Shown: positions 16,875 to 25,954, counted from the first letter of the stretch. The stretch is 64,000 nt of DNA from Nanobdellati archaeon (GCA_014384375.1 JACNFY010000019.1:100262-164261), one strand, 5' to 3'. Numbers and translations are program-made. Notes: generated by a model from the letters alone, not told the origin.

Positions 16875-18095
16875 ATGAAGCTGTTGGAATACAAGGGAAA
16901 AGAACTTCTTAAAAAATCTGGGATAAAGATACCTCCGAGCATAATAACCAACAACAAGTCATACATCAACCTGTCATACCACAAAGAAAAATACAAGGAA
17001 TTCTTCTTCGACCATAAGAATGTCATCATAAAAGCCCAAATCATCAGTGGAAGCAGAAAAAAGAACAATTTTATAGTAGGATCAAGTAACTACAAAGAGT
17101 CATTAAATCTGATTGACAAACTTTACAAGACAGAATACAACAATCAGCTAATAAACACACTTTTAATAGAGAAGAAGCTAGACATGAAAGAGGAGTATTT
17201 CCTGTCGATAATTTATGACACCCTCTCCAGAAGTCCATTGATCATATTCTCAAGAAAAGGAGGCATCGACGTCAACAAAGTTCTGAAAAAGAAAAGATAC
17301 GCCTCAAAAAGCATAAGGGGAACATTAAACGATTACGAAGCAAGAAACCTGGCCAAAGCAGCAGGCTTTGAAAAGAGCGAAATGCTAAAGATAGCTGCAT
17401 TAATCAAGAAAGCATACAACTGCTTCGAAAAATATGATTGCAAAAGCCTGGAAATAAATCCAATAATCAAGACCCCTGAAGGAATATTATATGCAGGGGA
17501 CGCAAAGATAACAATCGATGACAACGCAATCATAAGACAGGACATTCTAAGAGACGAAACAGACATAGAAGACAAAACTTTACTAAATGAAAGAGAATTA
17601 GAAGCCAGAAAAATAGACTACCATGACCATAGGGGCGTGGCTGGAAAAACATACTTTGATTTAGAAGGAGACATAGCAATACTGGCATCTGGAGGAGGAG
17701 CATCTTTAACTTGTATGGATGCTGTTATCGAAGCAGGAGGAAAGCCCGCTAACTACACAGAGTACAGCGGAAACCCATCAAGAGAGAAAGTCAAACAACT
17801 AACAAAGATAACACTCTCAAAGCCAAATCTCAAAGGTTGCTTGGTGATTGGCGGAACAGCCAACTTCACAGACATATTCGAAACATTATCAGGATTCATA
17901 GAAGGGTTAAAATCAATCAATCCAAAACCAACATACCCGATAATAATAAGAAGGGCAGGGCCGAATGACAAGAAAGCTTTTGATATGATCAGAGCATTCG
18001 CAAAAAAAGAAGGATTTGACATAACCTTGTTCGGAGAGGAGACACCTATGGCAAAAGCATCTAGAATCATGGTCGAAAAAGTAAAATGGGAATAA
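16875..18095 (+). CDS. ATP-grasp beta subunit of a succinyl-CoA-synthetase/ATP-citrate-lyase-family ligase (citryl-CoA synthetase large-subunit-like)
   Basis: MKLLEYKGKELLKKSGIKIP and GGGASLTCMDAVIEAGGKPANYTEYSG resemble SucC/AclB/CcsA. Confidence 0.7.
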   Translation: MKLLEYKGKELLKKSGIKIPPSIITNNKSYINLSYHKEKYKEFFFDHKNVIIKAQIISGSRKKNNFIVGSSNYKESLNLIDKLYKTEYNNQLINTLLIEKKLDMKEEYFLSIIYDTLSRSPLIIFSRKGGIDVNKVLKKKRYASKSIRGTLNDYEARNLAKAAGFEKSEMLKIAALIKKAYNCFEKYDCKSLEINPIIKTPEGILYAGDAKITIDDNAIIRQDILRDETDIEDKTLLNERELEARKIDYHDHRGVAGKTYFDLEGDIAILASGGGASLTCMDAVIEAGGKPANYTEYSGNPSREKVKQLTKITLSKPNLKGCLVIGGTANFTDIFETLSGFIEGLKSINPKPTYPIIIRRAGPNDKKAFDMIRAFAKKEGFDITLFGEETPMAKASRIMVEKVKWE

Positions 18096-19000
18096 TAATA
18101 GACAAAAACACAAGAGTACTGGTCCAGGGAATAACAGGAAAAGAAGGCAATAGAGCCACAAAAGAGATGCTAGACTATGGAACAAAGGTCTCGTGCGGAG
18201 TCACTCCTGGAAAAGGAGGCATGAAAGTACATAGCCTGAAAGTATTTGACAGTGTAAAAGAAGCAAAGAAATACGACTCATTAATTAACACTAGTGTTCT
18301 ATACGTCCCTCCTTTGATGGTTTATGACGCTGCTTTAGAAGCTATTCTTAATGGAATAAAAACAGTTGTTATAATTACAGAGAATGTCCCTGTTAAGGAT
18401 ACTACAAAACTTGTTGAATATGCAAAAAGATATAACGCAAGGATTATCGGACCCGCATCAGTTGGAGTTTTAAGTGTTGGTGTTGGAAAGCTTGGCTCTA
18501 TAGGTGGTGCGGAGGAGAAGAGAATGTACTCAAAAGGAAATGTTGGCATAATATCAAAGAGCGGAGGGATGTGCGCAGAAACAGCACTAATATTAACACA
18601 GGAAAATCTGGGACAAAGTACTATCATAGGCATAGGCGGAGATGTAATAATTGGAACCACATTCACAGACATCCTAGAACTCTTTGAAGAAGACAAAGAG
18701 ACAGAAGTAGTCGTTCTATATGGGGAAACAGGTGGATTATACGAGGAGCAGGTTGCAGACATGATCAAGAAAAAAGAGTTCACAAAGCCAGTTATAGCAT
18801 TCATATCAGGAAAGTTCATGGAAACAATAGACAAAAGCCTGTCATTCGGCCATGCTGGTGCAATAATCGAGCACGGTATTGGAAAAGCAGATGATAAAAA
18901 GAAGATATTAAAAGAAGCAGGAGTTCTAGTAGCAGATTATCATGATCAAATGCCTGAACTTGTAAAAAAAGCATTAAAATGGAATTCAAGACAAGAATAA
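18086..19000 (+). CDS. CoA-binding alpha subunit of the same ligase (SucD/CcsB-like) with phosphohistidine loop
   Basis: VQGITGKEG, GVTPGKGG and SFGHAGAII. 10-nt overlap with the beta subunit gene. Confidence 0.75.
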   Translation: MGIIIDKNTRVLVQGITGKEGNRATKEMLDYGTKVSCGVTPGKGGMKVHSLKVFDSVKEAKKYDSLINTSVLYVPPLMVYDAALEAILNGIKTVVIITENVPVKDTTKLVEYAKRYNARIIGPASVGVLSVGVGKLGSIGGAEEKRMYSKGNVGIISKSGGMCAETALILTQENLGQSTIIGIGGDVIIGTTFTDILELFEEDKETEVVVLYGETGGLYEEQVADMIKKKEFTKPVIAFISGKFMETIDKSLSFGHAGAIIEHGIGKADDKKKILKEAGVLVADYHDQMPELVKKALKWNSRQE

Positions 19001-19695
19001 GCAAGCTAACAAAGGATGACATGATTATAAGAGGAGAAAAACTATCATCTCTAATAAAAGAAAACTCATTCACAGACTCAATATTCTTACTATTAAGAAA
19101 CAGAAAGCCAACACAAAAAGAATCAAAGATATTCTCTGCTATGCTTATAAGCATCATAGACCATGGAATGGGAACAACATCTAGTTTAACCACCAGATTC
19201 GTAACATCAACAGGCAACTCTTTAAACACTGCCGTTGGAGCAGGAGTCTTGGCATTGGGAGACTACCATGGTGGAGCTATTGAGAAAGCGATGATCCAGT
19301 TCAAAGAAGTCAAAAAAGCAGAGAAATTCGTTTCCAAAAACTTAAAAGACAAAAAAATAATCTTCGGCTATGGTCATAAAATATACAAAGAAGAAGACCC
19401 AAGAGTCAGACAAATCATTTCTTTATGCAGAGAATTAAACTATCCCTCCAAATACATCAGTTTAGCAATCAACATTGAGAAATCTATAAAGAAAAAGAAA
19501 GGAAAAAAGATTTGCCTGAACATCGATGGATTAATAGCCGCAGTTCTACTGGAAATGGGCTTCTCGCCAAAAGTTGGAAAAGGAATATTCATAATCGGAA
19601 GAGTGCCTGGACTCATAGCACAAGCGATAGAAGAAAAAGAAGAAGAGAAGCCAGTAAGAAGAGTTGATGAAACAGATATAGATTATAAGAGATAA
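18979..19695 (+). CDS. short citrate-synthase-fold protein (citryl-CoA lyase-like)
   Basis: 238 aa with GDYHGGAIE, GYGHKIYKEEDPR and NIDGLIA blocks of the citrate synthase catalytic core. 22-nt overlap with the alpha subunit gene. Confidence 0.6.
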   Translation: MEFKTRISKLTKDDMIIRGEKLSSLIKENSFTDSIFLLLRNRKPTQKESKIFSAMLISIIDHGMGTTSSLTTRFVTSTGNSLNTAVGAGVLALGDYHGGAIEKAMIQFKEVKKAEKFVSKNLKDKKIIFGYGHKIYKEEDPRVRQIISLCRELNYPSKYISLAINIEKSIKKKKGKKICLNIDGLIAAVLLEMGFSPKVGKGIFIIGRVPGLIAQAIEEKEEEKPVRRVDETDIDYKR

Positions 19696-19735
19696 ATCCG
19701 GAAATCCTTTAGAAAAAACAAATAAACAGAACTAA

Positions 19736-20677
19736 TTAAATAGAATAAAACTCCTTGTACCAATCAACAAACTTCTTTACACCCTCTTTTATACTGACTT
19801 TTGGATTGTAACCAATCATTTCACGTGCTTTACTAATGTCTGCAAGTGATTCAGGAACATCCCCTGGTTGCAATGGAAGAAACTTTTTCTTGGCTTTCAT
19901 ACCCAAGTTTTTTTCGATTTCTTTTATAAAATCAAGTAGTTTTACTTTCTCTCCGCGTGCTATATTAAAAATTTCATATTTAAATGCACTATCCAGAGCA
20001 GACAAAATTCCCGAGATAGTATCACTAATATAGGTGAAGTCCCTTGCCATATTTCCATTATTAAAAACCTTGATTTCCTTTCCTTCTAATATTGCTTTGG
20101 TGAATATAAACAACGCCATGTCCGATCTTCCATAAGGACCATAAGCTGTGAAGAACCTCAAACCAGTACAATTCAAGCCAAAAAGATGGTGATAAACATA
20201 AGCCATCTCCTCATTTGATTTCTTAGTGGCTGCATACAAAGATATGGGAGTATCAACTCTATCCTCTTCAGAAAAAGGTTGTTTCTTATTATCACCATAC
20301 ACAGAGCTACTAGAAGCAAACACAAAATCTTTAACCTTGAACTTCCTACAAAGCTCTAACAAAACCAAGGTTCCTTTAACATTGCTTTTTTCGTAAACAA
20401 AAGGTTTTTCTAAAGAATAGCGAACACCTGCTTGTGCAGCTAAATGACATATCTTATCAAAGGAATAATCCTCAAAAACCTTTTTCATATCGTCGTAATC
20501 ACTTACATCAGCTTCAATAATCTCACAACTTAACAAATTAGCTCTTGCTCTTTTCAAGCTAACATCATAATACTCATTGAAATTGTCGACAACTACTACT
20601 TCATCTCCGCGATCAAGCAAAGCTTTAGCTGTGTGAAAACCAATAAAACCTGCTCCGCCTGTAACTAATATTTTCAT
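19736..20677 (-). CDS. NAD-dependent epimerase, UDP-glucuronate 4-epimerase-like
   Basis: MKILVTGGAGFIGFH, DNFNEYYDVSLK and YAATK (YxxxK) motifs. Confidence 0.75.
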   Translation of the reverse strand: MKILVTGGAGFIGFHTAKALLDRGDEVVVVDNFNEYYDVSLKRARANLLSCEIIEADVSDYDDMKKVFEDYSFDKICHLAAQAGVRYSLEKPFVYEKSNVKGTLVLLELCRKFKVKDFVFASSSSVYGDNKKQPFSEEDRVDTPISLYAATKKSNEEMAYVYHHLFGLNCTGLRFFTAYGPYGRSDMALFIFTKAILEGKEIKVFNNGNMARDFTYISDTISGILSALDSAFKYEIFNIARGEKVKLLDFIKEIEKNLGMKAKKKFLPLQPGDVPESLADISKAREMIGYNPKVSIKEGVKKFVDWYKEFYSI

Positions 20678-20843
20678 TGCAAAATTCTAAAAATATTTTG
20701 CGTATATAAAGGTTTTTGAAAGTAAGAAAATAATTGTTAACAAAATTGAAGAAAAAACAGAAGCAACCACTTCAAAAACAAAACATTTAACATCATAAAA
20801 AAAATAGAAAAATTTAAATACTTTTAATTTTAATAGCATTAAT

Positions 20844-22136
20844 ATGAAATACTTTGAAAGAGAACTATTAGGAGAAGTGAAGAAATGGATGAGAAGAAAA
20901 GAGATCATAGTAATCAAAGGACCAAGGCAGTCAGGTAAGACAACTCTGCTAGAAATGATAAAAGAATGGCTTGATATGACAAAAGGTGTTAATCCAGAGA
21001 ACATTATATTTTTAACCTTTGAGGATTTTGAGAATTTGGAAAAATTCGAAGAAAACCCCAAAGAGTTTATCAACTCATTTATTCTGAAAGAGAATGAAAA
21101 ATATTATTTTTTACTTGATGAGATACACTATGTAAAAAACTGCGGCCAGAAGCTAAAAATGCTTTACGATTTATTCAAGAATATAAAGTTCATAGCAACA
21201 GGCTCTTCTTCACTAGAATTAACGAGCTTAACAGCAAAGTATCTTGTGGGGAGAATCTTCTCTTTTGAATTATTTCCCTTTAGTTTTTATGAGTTTCTAT
21301 TGGTGAAAGACAAAAGAATGGCTAAAATTTACAAGGAAAAACAAGAGATAGTCAAACAATTCCTCCTAGAAGGGAAGAATTTTAAGATAAAAAAAGACTT
21401 GTTTGTAAATAATATTCTTAAATTCCTAAACGACTACTTGACTTTTGGAGGATATCCGGAGGTTATTAAAGCAGAAAACAAAGAGGAAAAAAAGATTATT
21501 CTGAAAAATGTATACAACACATATGTTGAGAAGGATATAATAAACTTCCTAAAAATACATGATACAATAAAATTTAAGAAACTCGTGACAATGCTTTCCT
21601 CACTGACTGGAAAAATGCTAAACTATGAAGATTTAACAACTGCCTGTAATAGTTATTATAAGGAAATTATAAGGTGGATTGATGTACTGGAACAGACATA
21701 CATAATAAAAACTGTTCGGCCATTCCATAAGAATTTGGTGACAGAGTTAAGGAAAAACCCGAAACTATACTTTGTTGATAATGGATTAAGAAATTATCCT
21801 ATAGGTGATTTTTCCTCTTTTTTTGTTAGAAGTGATAAGGGTGAAATCGCAGAAAACTTTGTTTTTAATCAGTTAGATTGTGTTTTTGAGGAGACTATAA
21901 ATTTTTGGAGAACCACAAGTAAGGCAGAAGTGGATTTTGTTGTAGATTTTATAAGCAGGCAGGTTCCTGTTGAAGTAAAGTTTAAAGATTTCAAAAAAGA
22001 GAAGGTTTCTAAGAGTCTCCATAGCTTTATAAATACTTATTCTCCCGACACAGTGGTTGTTGTGACAAAAAACTTCTGGGGAGAAAAAAGAATAGGCAAA
22101 ACTCTTGTTATGTTCATCCCAATAGTTTATTTATAA
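20844..22136 (+). CDS. AAA ATPase of the AAA_14 + DUF4143 (COG1373) type
   Basis: Walker A GPRQSGKTT, Walker B FLLDEIHY, and a C-terminal restriction-endonuclease-like tail (AEVDFVV...PVEVKF). Confidence 0.8.
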   Translation: MKYFERELLGEVKKWMRRKEIIVIKGPRQSGKTTLLEMIKEWLDMTKGVNPENIIFLTFEDFENLEKFEENPKEFINSFILKENEKYYFLLDEIHYVKNCGQKLKMLYDLFKNIKFIATGSSSLELTSLTAKYLVGRIFSFELFPFSFYEFLLVKDKRMAKIYKEKQEIVKQFLLEGKNFKIKKDLFVNNILKFLNDYLTFGGYPEVIKAENKEEKKIILKNVYNTYVEKDIINFLKIHDTIKFKKLVTMLSSLTGKMLNYEDLTTACNSYYKEIIRWIDVLEQTYIIKTVRPFHKNLVTELRKNPKLYFVDNGLRNYPIGDFSSFFVRSDKGEIAENFVFNQLDCVFEETINFWRTTSKAEVDFVVDFISRQVPVEVKFKDFKKEKVSKSLHSFINTYSPDTVVVVTKNFWGEKRIGKTLVMFIPIVYL

Positions 22137-22175
22137 ATTTTTGATTATATTATGTATTTGTATTAAAAGAGTCAG

Positions 22176-23117
22176 TTAAACTCTTTGCTTGTAAGCATCA
22201 TAAGTTGATTTAATCATGTCCTTAACACTTCTCTCAGGCTTCCAATTAAGAACCTTCAAGGCCTTTTCATTGGAAGCTATGAGTGTAGGTGGATCTCCAG
22301 CTCTCCTGTCTCCATATTCGAAAGGAACTTGTTTGCCAATGACCTCTGAAGTCCAATCAACCAATTCCTTAACGCTAACACCCTTAGAAGTGCCAAGATT
22401 AATAACGCCATTATAATCAACATCCAAAGCCAATATATGAGCTTTAACCAAGTCAGTAACATCAATATAATCTCTGATACAAGTGCCATCCCTTGTATCA
22501 TAATCATTTCCAAAAACAACGACTTTTTCACGCTTGCCCACCAACACTTCCATTATTATAGGGAAGATGTTCTTAGCATCAGGATCCATATACTTCAATC
22601 CACCATCACCTGCAACATTGAAATATCTTAAAGAAACATAACCAATACCATAAACCTTGCCGTACCATTCAATAATCTTCTCGCATTCAAGCTTTGTGAA
22701 GCCATAATAATTACAAGGATTAGTCTCGTTATCCTCGCTTATAACACCTTTTTCCTCGCCATAAACAGCTGCTGAAGAAGAGAATATGATTTTCTTAACA
22801 TTATGCTCAACCATGCGGTTCAGAAGGTTGATAGTGCCAGTTATGTTACTAGAATACTTCACTGCATTTTCCATCGACTCCTCAACAGCTTTGTAAGCTG
22901 CAAAATGTATCACTGCATCAATCTTATTCTCTTCAAACACTTTGCTCAAATCATCAACTAAATCTAATTCATAGAACTTAGCTTTTGAATCAACTAAATC
23001 CTTCTTGCCTTTAGACAAATTATCAACAACCACAACAGAATAGCCATTTGACAACAAAGTTTTCACTGCAACACTACCAATAAACCCAGCTCCGCCAGTA
23101 ACTAAAATAGTAGCCAT
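22176..23117 (-). CDS. galE: UDP-glucose 4-epimerase
   Basis: MATILVTGGAGFIGS, SSSAAVYG and YGFTK (YxxxK). ATG at 23117 preferred over the upstream TTG. Confidence 0.85.
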   Translation of the reverse strand: MATILVTGGAGFIGSVAVKTLLSNGYSVVVVDNLSKGKKDLVDSKAKFYELDLVDDLSKVFEENKIDAVIHFAAYKAVEESMENAVKYSSNITGTINLLNRMVEHNVKKIIFSSSAAVYGEEKGVISEDNETNPCNYYGFTKLECEKIIEWYGKVYGIGYVSLRYFNVAGDGGLKYMDPDAKNIFPIIMEVLVGKREKVVVFGNDYDTRDGTCIRDYIDVTDLVKAHILALDVDYNGVINLGTSKGVSVKELVDWTSEVIGKQVPFEYGDRRAGDPPTLIASNEKALKVLNWKPERSVKDMIKSTYDAYKQRV

Positions 23118-23183
23118 TTTACCGCGTATCAATACCCCAAGCTTTGTTATTAAGAACACATACTAGTTATTTAAATCTTTTTG
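22913..23183. repeat. direct repeat copy 1 (galE codons 1-68 plus 66 bp upstream)
   Basis: 271 bp that read identically by eye to 24257-24527 (offset 1344). Confidence 0.85.
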
Positions 23184-23316
23184 TAAAGAAAACTTCTCGT
23201 AAATCTTTCAGAAAAGCTTTAATAAAACTTATAAACTTTATTTTGCTAATCACACCAACTTACCACAGTATGTTGAGAAAAATAAAGAATATACTTTTTC
23301 TTTTGTTGTACACAAT

Positions 23317-23544
23317 ATGGAAAAAGATGACTTAAATTATACCTATGATTTGATAATTACTTTGGATGAAAGAAAATTATTTATAATAAAAAGTAAGAAA
23401 GTATTTATAAAAAAGCGAAAAACTAAAGAGTTTAGAGAAGTGTTCAGCATACTTCAGGATTTTGATTTTGCAAAAATAGAAGTTGAATTAAAGTATTTAG
23501 ATAAATTTGAGAGAATTCATTTTTTTGTTCAAAACAAAAAATGA
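23317..23544 (+). CDS. hypothetical small protein inside the duplicated-flank cassette
   Basis: 75-aa ORF directly upstream of the GT2 gene. No motif recognised. Confidence 0.3.
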   Translation: MEKDDLNYTYDLIITLDERKLFIIKSKKVFIKKRKTKEFREVFSILQDFDFAKIEVELKYLDKFERIHFFVQNKK

Positions 23545-23556
23545 GTCGCTTTAAAA

Positions 23557-24246
23557 ATGACAAAGTTATCAGTTATAATACCTGTATACAATGAAAAGAG
23601 AACTTTGTTAAAACTTTTGGAAAAAGTAAAAAAAGTTGATTTAGGTGATATTAAAAAAGAGATTTTGATTGTGGATGATTTCTCAACAGATGGAACTAGA
23701 GATATTCTAAAAAAAATCAATGACCCTAAGATTAAAATTTTTTTTCATAAAAAGAACTATGGAAAAGGCATTGCAATAAGAACAGCGCTCAAGAATATCA
23801 CTGGGGATATTGTAATAATCCAGGACGCTGATATGGAGTATGACCCTAATGATTATTCTAACTTAATAAAACCCATTATTGATGGTAGAGCAGAAGTTGT
23901 TTATGGTAATAGGTTCCATAAAGGGCATAATCCCAAATATATAGTTTATTATTTAGGAAATATCTTGTTGAGTGTCATAACAGGCTTATTGTACAGAAAT
24001 AAAGTGAGTGATATAGAAACTTGTTATAAAGTAATAAAAAGGGAAGTTTATAATAACATAAATCTTAGAGCTAAAAGATTTGATTTTGAACCAGAGATAA
24101 CAGCAAAGATCTTGAAAAAGGGATATAAAATTTATGAAGTGCCAATATGGTACAGATGTAGAGACTTTAAAGAAGGTAAAAAAATAAATTGGCGAGATGG
24201 TATAGAGGCTATTTGGACCTTAGTCAGATATAGATTCTCTAATTAG
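23557..24246 (+). CDS. family 2 glycosyltransferase (dolichyl-phosphate hexosyltransferase-like)
   Basis: LSVIIPVYNE, VDDFSTDGT and IIQDADMEYDP (DxD) motifs. Confidence 0.8.
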   Translation: MTKLSVIIPVYNEKRTLLKLLEKVKKVDLGDIKKEILIVDDFSTDGTRDILKKINDPKIKIFFHKKNYGKGIAIRTALKNITGDIVIIQDADMEYDPNDYSNLIKPIIDGRAEVVYGNRFHKGHNPKYIVYYLGNILLSVITGLLYRNKVSDIETCYKVIKREVYNNINLRAKRFDFEPEITAKILKKGYKIYEVPIWYRCRDFKEGKKINWRDGIEAIWTLVRYRFSN

Positions 24247-24461
24247 ACAGGTCTCTCTGCATCAATCTTATTCTCTTCAAACACTTTGCTCAAATCATCA
24301 ACTAAATCTAATTCATAGAACTTAGCTTTTGAATCAACTAAATCCTTCTTGCCTTTAGACAAATTATCAACAACCACAACAGAATAGCCATTTGACAACA
24401 AAGTTTTCACTGCAACACTACCAATAAACCCAGCTCCGCCAGTAACTAAAATAGTAGCCAT
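24243..24461 (-). pseudogene. 5' fragment of galE (first 68 codons) created by the duplication
   Basis: Translation MATILVTGGAGFIGS...EENKIDA is identical to galE, then ERPV-stop where the repeat ends. Confidence 0.8.
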
Positions 24462-24527
24462 TTTACCGCGTATCAATACCCCAAGCTTTGTTATTAAGAA
24501 CACATACTAGTTATTTAAATCTTTTTG
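24257..24527. repeat. direct repeat copy 2
   Basis: Identical by eye to 22913-23183. Begins 10 nt after the GT2 stop codon. Confidence 0.85.
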
Positions 24528-24574
24528 AAAAAGAATTGATTAAAAATTTGTCAATTCTTTTAAAAACCAAAAAA

Positions 24575-24582
24575 TTTATAAA
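24575..24582 (+). promoter_or_regulatory. TATA box (TTTATAAA) for the NTase gene
   Basis: Centre is about 26 nt upstream of the ATG at 24605. Confidence 0.5.
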
Positions 24583-24604
24583 TATTGTTAAATTTATTTA
24601 ACAT

Positions 24605-25090
24605 ATGTTAAAAATATTTAACGAATTAAAGCCTTTCTTCAACGATACATATAGAGAAATATCTGTTAGAGAATTCGCTAAAGAAATCAAGGTCACTCCA
24701 CCAACAGCTTCAACAATATTGAAAAAATACGAACAAGAAAAAATCCTAAAGAAAAGGGAATTCAAAAGAAACCTGTTATTCAGGGTTAACAAAGAAAACG
24801 ATTTGTTTGAAAACCTTGCGAAAATTTTCTGGAAAACTTTATTAAGAGGAGAACTAGAAAATCTCCACAAGAAAGCAGCATACAAACAAATAATCCTGTT
24901 CGGCTCAATAGCAAAAACAGAAAACACCAACAAAAGCGACATGGACTTATTCATCAATATTCCAAAAAAACAAATAAACACGAGAACAATAGAAAAAAAA
25001 CTCAAAAGAGAAATACAACTTCATTTCAAAGAAGAACTAGCAAATAAAAACCTAAAAAACAACATCCAAAAAGGAATAAAAATATTCTAA
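24605..25090 (+). CDS. wHTH + minimal nucleotidyltransferase (MNT-type) protein
   Basis: N-terminal HTH-like region (ISVREFAKEIKVTPPTASTILKK), then LFGSIAKTENTNKSDMDLFI (GS-x9-11-DxD NTase core). Confidence 0.7.
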   Translation: MLKIFNELKPFFNDTYREISVREFAKEIKVTPPTASTILKKYEQEKILKKREFKRNLLFRVNKENDLFENLAKIFWKTLLRGELENLHKKAAYKQIILFGSIAKTENTNKSDMDLFINIPKKQINTRTIEKKLKREIQLHFKEELANKNLKNNIQKGIKIF

Positions 25091-25097
25091 CAAAAAA

Positions 25098-25505
25098 ATG
25101 GATTTTAAAGAATGTGTTGAAAAAAGAATAGTAAAGAATATCAAACCAGACCATGAAATGGCAGAATCATTAGTCAAAGATGCAAAAAACAAGATAAAAA
25201 CAGCTGAAGAGATTAAATTAAACAAAACCTCAAGCTCATCACTAATAACGCTATATTATGATGCTCTTAGGGAAAAGCTAGAAGCACTTGCATTAAAGAA
25301 AGGTTTCAAAATATATAATCATGAATGTTACTATGCATTTCTAAAGGAGATACTACAAAAAAAAGAAATAGCTAAAGAATTTGATAGATTTAGAAAAATA
25401 AGAAACAATATAAACTACTACGGTGAAACAATAAGCGTATCAGAAGCCAAAGAAATAAGAAAAGACATTGTTTTTCTGATAAAAAGTGTTGAAGAAATGA
25501 AATAA
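25098..25505 (+). CDS. HEPN-domain protein (partner of the NTase)
   Basis: All-helical 135 aa with YYDALREKLEALALKKG and RKIRNNINYYG. The usual R-x4-6-H reads R-x4-Y. Start is 7 nt after the NTase stop. Confidence 0.55.
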   Translation: MDFKECVEKRIVKNIKPDHEMAESLVKDAKNKIKTAEEIKLNKTSSSSLITLYYDALREKLEALALKKGFKIYNHECYYAFLKEILQKKEIAKEFDRFRKIRNNINYYGETISVSEAKEIRKDIVFLIKSVEEMK

Positions 25506-25675
25506 TCAAAATACTAAAATTTATAAAATTAAAAGCATATTTCTTTTATATGACTAAATTTGACAAGTTAAAGAAGAAAATAGAGGATGAAGTTGACGAA
25601 ATAGTTGATGTTGATGAAGACAGCGATATCCCTGTTCATGAAAAGCATACTAAGCAGAAAAAAATCTTGAAATAA

Positions 25676-25954
25676 TTACATGTCTTCTTCGAATTCTCTA
25701 ACACAGTCTTCAGAACAGAATCTAAATATTTTGTTGTTCAATATTTTTTCAACAGCTTCTTCAGAGTTAACTAATGGTGTCTTACAAAATCCACACACAA
25801 CAGTTTCTTCTCTATCATAGCCCTGCATAAATCCTTCTTCTTCAGGGTTAATCGCGTCATTTTTTAGGAGTTCTTCCCTTCCATCATCCTCGTAGACAGA
25901 TTCATCACTACCTTCAAGATGAACTCCTTCTAAATCTTTCTTTTGGTTGAACAT
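25676..25954 (-). CDS. TRASH/MYM-type zinc-finger (metal-sensing) small acidic protein
   Basis: CGFC-x22-CSEDC fits the TRASH C-x2-C-x19-22-C-x3-C pattern. Immediately upstream of the ZIP transporter on the same strand. Confidence 0.55.
   Translation of the reverse strand: MFNQKKDLEGVHLEGSDESVYEDDGREELLKNDAINPEEEGFMQGYDREETVVCGFCKTPLVNSEEAVEKILNNKIFRFCSEDCVREFEEDM

Noticed and set aside
16778-17068. 96-aa minus-strand ORF overlapping the start of the ATP-grasp ligase gene
   Set aside because: It overlaps a well-supported gene on the other strand, has hydrophobic low-complexity translation, and has no independent promoter spacing.
20687-21073. 128-aa minus-strand ORF across the promoter and 5' end of the AAA ATPase gene
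   Set aside because: It is antisense to the Walker A region of a confident CDS and reads through an AT-rich intergenic tract. It is a typical AT-rich spurious ORF.
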